Shown here piece after piece: positions 58,457-64,000 of a stretch of DNA of 64,000 nucleotides (its first letter is position 1; each line of letters opens with the position of its first letter). Under the pieces are notes generated by a model. The model made no database searches and was not told the DNA's origin. It saw only the letters and a program-made list of their open reading frames with translations. A program made the translations under genes and the position numbers. The stretch is from an uncultured Bacteroidales bacterium. GTDB taxonomy: Bacteria; Bacteroidota; Bacteroidia; Bacteroidales; UBA932. Location of the stretch: NCBI GenBank assembly GCA_937900465.1, contig CALCEJ010000155.1:403-64402 (forward strand). The letters are read 5' to 3'.

Positions 58457-58993
58457 TCAGATTATCGTCAAGGAATGTCCGGTGGCGGGAAGGTATTTTT
58501 CCAGCAGGTCCCCGCTGCGGATTTTCACGAAGCAGGTCGCGGTGCCGTCAGTGCAGGCGAACCATTCGCCTTCTGCGATGGGCTTGTCCATAACAAGCTG
58601 GACGGGGGCGCATTCTGGAAGCACGGCGCTGAGGATGGTCGTCGCTCCTGCCTCCACTCCAGTCAGTTCGCGGAGCTTCTCCGAAGGGGCGAAAGATACG
58701 CGTGGGATGCCCCCGAGCGCGGCACAGAAATCCCGCGTCACAAAAGGCTTGTCGTCCGACGTGACATACAGCCAGAAGGCCGTCTGCTGCCGGTTGCATA
58801 GGAAAACGGTCTTTACTACCCTTACGCCTATCGCCGCAGAGATGTTCTCGCAGTCCTCCATCGTCAACCCCGGGTCCGTATCCACCCTCTCGAACGGAAT
58901 CCCAAGCCTTGCAAAGGCGTTATAGATGGCTTCTTCCAGCGCCGACAGATACCCCGCCGGGGGATCTGCAATGGGTCTGCTTACTTTGAACAT
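58457..58993 (-). CDS. YbaK/ProX family aminoacyl-tRNA editing protein
   Basis: KTVFLCNRQ, RVSFAP, GV.AGATT motifs; start MFKVS preferred. Confidence 0.85.
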   Translation of the reverse strand: MFKVSRPIADPPAGYLSALEEAIYNAFARLGIPFERVDTDPGLTMEDCENISAAIGVRVVKTVFLCNRQQTAFWLYVTSDDKPFVTRDFCAALGGIPRVSFAPSEKLRELTGVEAGATTILSAVLPECAPVQLVMDKPIAEGEWFACTDGTATCFVKIRSGDLLEKYLPATGHSLTII

Positions 58994-59027
58994 ACTTATG
59001 ATTGCTTTTTCTATACCTTTCGCATCT

Positions 59028-59104
59028 TCTGCCTCTGCCTCTGCCTCTGCCTCTGCCTCTGCCTCCGTCTCTGCCTCCGTCTCCGTCCCCGTCTCTGCCT
59101 CCGC
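59028..59104. repeat. (TCTGCC)n hexamer microsatellite
   Basis: Direct reading of the sequence. Confidence 0.85.
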
Positions 59105-59175
59105 AAAGTTAATCATTTTCCTCTCCTCGTGTCCCATCCCTTGCTCCCGGCCCGTTGCCCCTTCGCCCCGCCTCC

Positions 59176-59272
59176 GCACAAGGTCTGATTTCACGCCCGA
59201 CACCTTGTGCGCTTTTTGTCCCCAGATACCCTTTTCCGCACAAGGTCCCCCGCCTATAATCAGACCTTGTGC
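59176..59272. repeat. REP/MITE-like nested palindrome, copy 2
   Basis: GCACAAGGTCTGATT / AATCAGACCTTGTGC; same 97-bp span as 15814-15910. Confidence 0.8.
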
Positions 59273-59322
59273 AAAAAAGCCACCCCAGAAGGAGTGGCTA
59301 AAATAAACGAGAGGATATTACA

Positions 59323-60627
59323 TTAAAGATTTGCCCCCCAGATATCTCTGTTAATAGTTACACCACTTTCATTCTTGGACTCCCAGCCAGCATTACACTC
59401 GTTGTAAAAGCGGTACTTAACGGTCTTTGTGCCATAAACGGAAGTGGCGAATTCGTAGTAAAAAATGTAGCCGTTATTGTCGGCATTCCTTTCTTGAATT
59501 GCGTTGGTATCCGGAGTTGATAGTCCATCCCACGTGACAAATTTAACCACGGAAGTCCCCGAACCCTGAGTTTGCCATATTGTCCATTGGCTATCGCTCA
59601 TATATACATAGATCCTGTATGTGGTTTTCAAAGAGCTTTCGGTTGTATCAAAAGTAAAGTCGCGATAGAGCCAAACGGCATCTGAGGCAGACACATAAGT
59701 GCCGTTTTTGAATACTTGCAAACAAACGGGATCACCTGTTTTTGACCAGCTCAATGTCGGAAGAATACACCACTTTGTGGTGCCGTCAGAAAGGACGTTG
59801 AGTGTAAGGTAGGACTTGGTTTCATAGTTGATGGTAGAGCCGTCTGTTGCGAAGAAACGTGCTTCGTCGACCTTGTCGTCGTCGTTGAATACAAAGATAT
59901 GACCGTCAACATCCACCGGCTTCATATTCTTAATTGTTCCTGCGGTGAAGGACTTTGCTGAAGTGGTGGACTTTGTTGCGATGTCATTGCTGTTGTCATC
60001 CTGAACGGACACGGTGAAGGTGGTCGTAGAGGCATCAACAGGAATATATGCAACGACAGTTCCGCGGGAGCCGAGGGAAATGCCAGAAACCGTCACGTCA
60101 TTAACGTCTCCGTCAAAAACCACCTTGTTCGCAAACGTAGGCACATTCGTAAACGTTACCTTCAGGAGGGCGTTCTGATGGCTGAGGGTCACAGCGTTGT
60201 CGGATATGGTTCCGGACATCCTGATTGCATCGGCACCAAGTGCGCCGGCGAGGCTGGCGATTTCGGTGGGGAGAGCGGTGTCGCTGAAGTCTGCGGTATA
60301 AGGATATTTTACCTCAGCGGGGGTGCCGTTCATCGTTCCGGTATAGGTGAAGCGGGCGGACTGGCTTCCGCCGGTTTCGGCAGTGAACTGGTAGACATCG
60401 CCCGTGGTGGTCTTAACAGCGATAGCGTCGCCAGCAGTCCAGGTGAAGGTTCCGTCAGTGCTAGAGATTGCGGCTTTGGTGTCAGCGTCGACAAGGTCCG
60501 GGATGGACACGAAGAGTTCGTGAATGTCCGATCCGTTGGTGGCGGCGAGGTCATCATTGATGCTGGCCTCTTTTGCGCAGGAGGCAAGGGCTGCGACGGC
60601 AGCGAGAATGTAGATGTACTTTTTCAT
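59323..60627 (-). CDS. fimbrillin-like lipoprotein
   Basis: LASC lipobox, DTKA, WTAGDAI, YPY, HQNALLKV motifs. Confidence 0.72.
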   Translation of the reverse strand: MKKYIYILAAVAALASCAKEASINDDLAATNGSDIHELFVSIPDLVDADTKAAISSTDGTFTWTAGDAIAVKTTTGDVYQFTAETGGSQSARFTYTGTMNGTPAEVKYPYTADFSDTALPTEIASLAGALGADAIRMSGTISDNAVTLSHQNALLKVTFTNVPTFANKVVFDGDVNDVTVSGISLGSRGTVVAYIPVDASTTTFTVSVQDDNSNDIATKSTTSAKSFTAGTIKNMKPVDVDGHIFVFNDDDKVDEARFFATDGSTINYETKSYLTLNVLSDGTTKWCILPTLSWSKTGDPVCLQVFKNGTYVSASDAVWLYRDFTFDTTESSLKTTYRIYVYMSDSQWTIWQTQGSGTSVVKFVTWDGLSTPDTNAIQERNADNNGYIFYYEFATSVYGTKTVKYRFYNECNAGWESKNESGVTINRDIWGANL

Positions 60628-60646
60628 AATCGTTCCGATTTTAGTA

Positions 60647-60787
60647 TTACCAATCCTCTTCGCTGCTGTCCCATCCAGAGACATTTCCTCCTCGTACGGT
60701 TCCTACGGATCCGTCCAGGAAATCCTTTTCGAAGCGAACCTCCGTCATCTCAGTGACGGGCGCGTCGTAGCTTTGTTTTTTGTCCAT
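60647..60787 (-). CDS. 46-aa small peptide preceding a fimbrillin gene
   Basis: Own translation MDKKQSYDAPVTEMTEVRFEKDFLDGSVGTVRGGNVSGWDSSEEDW. Confidence 0.72.
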   Translation of the reverse strand: MDKKQSYDAPVTEMTEVRFEKDFLDGSVGTVRGGNVSGWDSSEEDW

Positions 60788-60858
60788 AGTGTTATAATTT
60801 TTAATTTGTATTTTCCTTTTCTCCGTCCCCCGCAGCTTTTCTCCGTCCCCGCAGCGGA

Positions 60859-61014
60859 CTTTATCTTGCTGCTAATGATTTGGCTATCAAACGCCACAAA
60901 TGCAACAAATGCCAAATCCTTGCAAATATAGCATTTTCTCCCAAAGATTATCCTTTTTTCTGAAAGAAAAAGCTCATCCCCCTTGATATTCACACCCTTA
61001 GCAGCAAGATAAAG
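60859..61014. promoter_or_regulatory. Putative invertible promoter
   Basis: IR CTTTATCTTGCTGCTAA 60859-60875 / TTAGCAGCAAGATAAAG 60998-61014; TATATTTGCA on the minus strand at 60921-60930. Confidence 0.75.
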
Positions 61015-61041
61015 ACAATATAAACACAAAATGATAACACG

Positions 61042-61176
61042 ATGAAAGAAAAAATGTTTTACACAGCTCCTGAGATGGAGCAAGTGGTGGTTAAAGCAGA
61101 GGTTAACTTCCTGACTAGCGGATCAGCTTCCGTAGAAACTCTTAATAAAGTCGACGGATCTTGGGACGAGGATTAA
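61042..61176 (+). CDS. 44-aa small peptide preceding a fimbrillin gene
   Basis: Own translation MKEKMFYTAPEMEQVVVKAEVNFLTSGSASVETLNKVDGSWDED. Confidence 0.72.
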   Translation: MKEKMFYTAPEMEQVVVKAEVNFLTSGSASVETLNKVDGSWDED

Positions 61177-61197
61177 CAGATTAAAGTGAGAACAACT

Positions 61198-62361
61198 ATG
61201 AAGAAGTATTTGCTTATAGCTGCAGTCTGCCTTATTGCAGCGTCTTGTCAAAAAGAAGAAGGACAAGAACATAGGGGCTTGTCTCTTTCTGCTAGTCTTG
61301 AACAGACATCCAGCGTGACAAAGGCATCTCTTAATGACAGTCGCCAGACGCTTTGGGCTACGGGAGACGTCATTCGTGTCTACGTGGAGAACGATGCCGG
61401 TAACTGGCATACTAATGCCCCGTTCAATCTTACTTCCGGGGATGGAAAAACCAATGCGGTCTTTACCTGTGAAACTGATTACAGTTCCGGAAATAAGTGG
61501 AACGTAGGAGCCTTTTTCCCTTATTTTGAGCAAAGTGCAGGTAACGGAAGCAATATTAGCTCCGGCAATATGTATTTCTATCTTCCTGAGGGCTACTATG
61601 GCTACACTACCGGGAAAACATACCTGCCATTAATTGCCGATATGAGCGGAGGTTCCACGCAGCCTACAAGTATCTCCTTCAAGCACGTCGGCGGTGCTGT
61701 TGTCCTGAATCTCACAAATGTTCCTGGACCGGCACATTCAATAGGTATGACCGTTTCCGGCAAGAATGTATTTGGATGGCTTGGATCTGTGGCGGTGGGA
61801 GACGCCGGATCTGCTTCCGGAATCCTGACTGCATCCAGCGGCACGAATAGCACTGTTTGGCTGAATTTTGATGAAAACGGTTCCACGCCTCGCTCTTTCC
61901 AGTTCGTGTTCCCTGTCCCGACGATCAGTTCATCGTGCGACTATTCCTTCTCAATGTATGACAAGAACAACTTGAAGATTTGGAGCAAGACTGCATCAAG
62001 CCAGCCGGCTATAGGTCGTGCTGAGGCTTTGGTTATGCCGGATAAGGCAGTTTCTCCTGTCCCTCAGGAGATATATCTTGCCGGATATATCAATGGTGAA
62101 GATAAATATCCGACGTCCGGAAATGATCTCAAATTTGTGGATGGAACGCTGACCGTCAGTTTGACACAGGACAGTTATGTTTTATTGAATAACAATAGCG
62201 ACAAAAGGTATTTGTTAAGCGCATACAGCGAATCAACAGACCCGGTAACATTCAGTGTAGATAATGAAAATTACGATTATAAACTGAAAGTCCCGAGTGG
62301 AACCAGGACATTTACTCTTACGTATAATTCTGATGGATCTATTACGCTTTCATACGTATAG
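61198..62361 (+). CDS. fimbrillin-like lipoprotein with C-terminal CBM-like module
   Basis: AASC lipobox, VTKA, WATGDVI, FFPY, FKHVGG; IYLAGYING. Confidence 0.72.
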   Translation: MKKYLLIAAVCLIAASCQKEEGQEHRGLSLSASLEQTSSVTKASLNDSRQTLWATGDVIRVYVENDAGNWHTNAPFNLTSGDGKTNAVFTCETDYSSGNKWNVGAFFPYFEQSAGNGSNISSGNMYFYLPEGYYGYTTGKTYLPLIADMSGGSTQPTSISFKHVGGAVVLNLTNVPGPAHSIGMTVSGKNVFGWLGSVAVGDAGSASGILTASSGTNSTVWLNFDENGSTPRSFQFVFPVPTISSSCDYSFSMYDKNNLKIWSKTASSQPAIGRAEALVMPDKAVSPVPQEIYLAGYINGEDKYPTSGNDLKFVDGTLTVSLTQDSYVLLNNNSDKRYLLSAYSESTDPVTFSVDNENYDYKLKVPSGTRTFTLTYNSDGSITLSYV

Positions 62362-62387
62362 TCACAGAGAGAAATTGTCTTACTCTT

Positions 62388-62416
62388 CGGCCATCCTTCG
62401 GGGTGGCCGTTTTTTT
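62388..62416 (+). terminator. Intrinsic terminator
   Basis: CGGCCATCC-TTCG-GGGTGGCCG followed by a T-run. Confidence 0.8.
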
Positions 62417-62728
62417 GCGGAGGGTGCGCCGGCGGTTTACGGAGGGTGCGCCGGCGGGTTGGGCCTTGCGGAATGTCAACGGGCAGTTCTGCGTGCGGCG
62501 AGTGAGAGATTTGCGGAAGGTCTGATCAAAGGTGACAGACCTTCCGCGGGGGAAAGGCCGTGGAGGTGTGTCTGGCCGATGGTGTTTGCGGAAGGTGTGC
62601 GGGATTTGAGCAGACCTTCCGCAAACGCATGCAGACCTTCCGCGGCGATGGAGGGTGACTCTCTGCGTGGTGGAACTCTTCGCGGCGATGGAGGGTGACT
62701 CTCTGCGTGGTGGAACTCTTCGCGGCGA
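62414..62728. repeat. Intergenic repeat cluster (GCGGAAGGT/ACCTTCCGC palindromes, 40-bp tandem duplication)
   Basis: 62641-62680 equals 62681-62720; CGGAGGGTGCGCCGGCGG x2. Confidence 0.8.
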
Positions 62729-62741
62729 AGCAGTGTCGCTC

Positions 62742-63380
62742 TCAGCGGGCCTCGTTCGCGGACAATTCTGCCGCCCAGGCCTCATCGACGAACACCGTAT
62801 CGGCCCGGTCGATGTAGAGGATGCCGTCGAGGTGGTCGCACTCGTGCTGGAATATGATTGCGGTATAGCCCTCGACAGTTTCTCTCCGGGGGGTATGCCT
62901 GTATGGGTCCAGATAGGAAATGACGACCTTGCTGTAGCGGGGAACAAGGCCTCTCATCGGCGGAACGGAAAGACAGCCCTCGGGGCCGGAGGTGACCTCA
63001 CCGAGACGTTCCTCTATATGGAGATTAAGATAGCACTCGAAGGGCTCTCCCGGCTTGTCGAACCTTTGGACCCAGGCGATTCTCCGCCCGATTCCGACCT
63101 GTGGCGCGGCTATTCCAACCCCGTCTTGGGAGGGGTGCCGTACGGTGTAAAGCATCCTTGCCGTGAGGGTTTTCAGGTCCTTCGACCGGAGCTCTGCGCG
63201 GCTGAGGTCCCTGGAGGGGGTCCGGAGAATCGCGCTGTCAAGGGAGATAACCGTAACGTAGAGGAGGGAGTCCTCCGAGGAACGGATGATCTGCCTTTCC
63301 GCCCTTGAAAAGCGGGGCGGGACAAGCCCCGCCACAACAAGTAGAATAGCAGGGAGTAAAAGCCAGAGAATTTTTCTCAA
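62742..63380 (-). CDS. def: peptide deformylase with an N-terminal hydrophobic segment
   Basis: GVGIAAPQ, EGCLS, HECDH motifs. Confidence 0.9.
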   Translation of the reverse strand: MRKILWLLLPAILLVVAGLVPPRFSRAERQIIRSSEDSLLYVTVISLDSAILRTPSRDLSRAELRSKDLKTLTARMLYTVRHPSQDGVGIAAPQVGIGRRIAWVQRFDKPGEPFECYLNLHIEERLGEVTSGPEGCLSVPPMRGLVPRYSKVVISYLDPYRHTPRRETVEGYTAIIFQHECDHLDGILYIDRADTVFVDEAWAAELSANEAR

Positions 63381-63492
63381 ACGAGGGTTTCTTTATTACA
63401 TCTGCAAAGGTACAAAAACACCTCAAAGTGAACAACATTGGGAAAAAATATTTATTTTTGTGGGCTAGATACAGTGTAACGAGACCACATTT

Positions 63493-64000
63493 ATGAGTAG
63501 CACAAAAAGAGACCTGACGTTCCGGCAGCTGGTTGACCTTAGCTTTGGATTCTTCGGAGTCCAGATTGCTTATGCCCTCCAGAGCGCGAACATTAGCCGC
63601 ATCTTCGCAACCCTCGGAGCTGACCCTCATCAGCTTTCCTTCTTCTGGATCCTTCCTCCCCTTATGGGAATGATAGTCCAGCCCCTTGTCGGAAAATTCT
63701 CCGACAGGACCTGGTGCAAGATGGGCCGCCGCAAGCCGTATCTTCTCATTGGAGCCCTCATCGCCGTACTGGTGATGATATTCCTCCCGAACGCAGGCTC
63801 GCTGCACTTCTCCACGAAGCTCTTCCTGGGCCTTAACATGGCTATGTGGTTCGGCCTTTTCTCGCTGATTTTCCTCGATACCTCTATCAATATGGCCATG
63901 CAGCCGTTCAAGATGATGGTTGGCGATATGGTAAACGAGAAGCAGAAAACCACCGCATACAGCATCCAGAGCTTCCTGTGCAACGCCGGTTCCCTGCTGG
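63493..64000 (+). CDS. SLC45-like maltose/sucrose MFS transporter, partial
   Basis: Own translation MSSTKRDLTFRQLVDLSFGFFGVQIAYALQSAN..GRRKPY..QPFK. Confidence 0.88.
   Translation, partial: MSSTKRDLTFRQLVDLSFGFFGVQIAYALQSANISRIFATLGADPHQLSFFWILPPLMGMIVQPLVGKFSDRTWCKMGRRKPYLLIGALIAVLVMIFLPNAGSLHFSTKLFLGLNMAMWFGLFSLIFLDTSINMAMQPFKMMVGDMVNEKQKTTAYSIQSFLCNAGSLL

Noticed and set aside
19039..61176. Small peptides as lasso/RiPP precursors (YxxP leader-like motif)
   Set aside because: No RRE, peptidase, cyclase or radical SAM gene lies near any of the three; the constant neighbour is a fimbrillin
62641..62728. CRISPR-like repeats
   Set aside because: Contiguous tandem duplication with no spacers and no cas genes

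Overview
A Bacteroidales chromosomal segment, inferred from TAnnTTTG promoters, a Sus-like amylase, type V fimbrillins and the Rnf gene order. The GC-rich core carries a ROK kinase, sugar MFS transporters, an AraC regulator, lysS, a TrmH methylase, ssb, a PfkB kinase, xth, cysS, folD, M23 peptidases, dnaB, rseC-rnfBCDGEA and def. An AT-richer ~18 kb island (16064-34117) is integrated at the 3' end of tRNA-Leu(TAA) as two tandem elements with homologous att arms. One is autonomous (tyrosine integrase, Xis-like protein, serine resolvase, Rep-like gene, DpnII-type RM triad, TRD-less C5 methylase). The other is an integrase-less 4.8 kb adhesin cassette. The most unusual observations are: (1) a 17-bp inverted-repeat-flanked promoter between two divergent 'small peptide + fimbrillin' operons, a likely either/or phase switch; (2) three unannotated 44-47 aa peptides with a shared motif, each directly upstream of a fimbrillin-like lipoprotein; (3) a palindromic element with a conserved 38-nt loop inserted in frame in both trmH and cysS; (4) an amylase plus CBM-tipped fimbrillin operon with no susC/susD; (5) an apparently split C5 methyltransferase. 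Family names come from motif recognition only; no searches were run.
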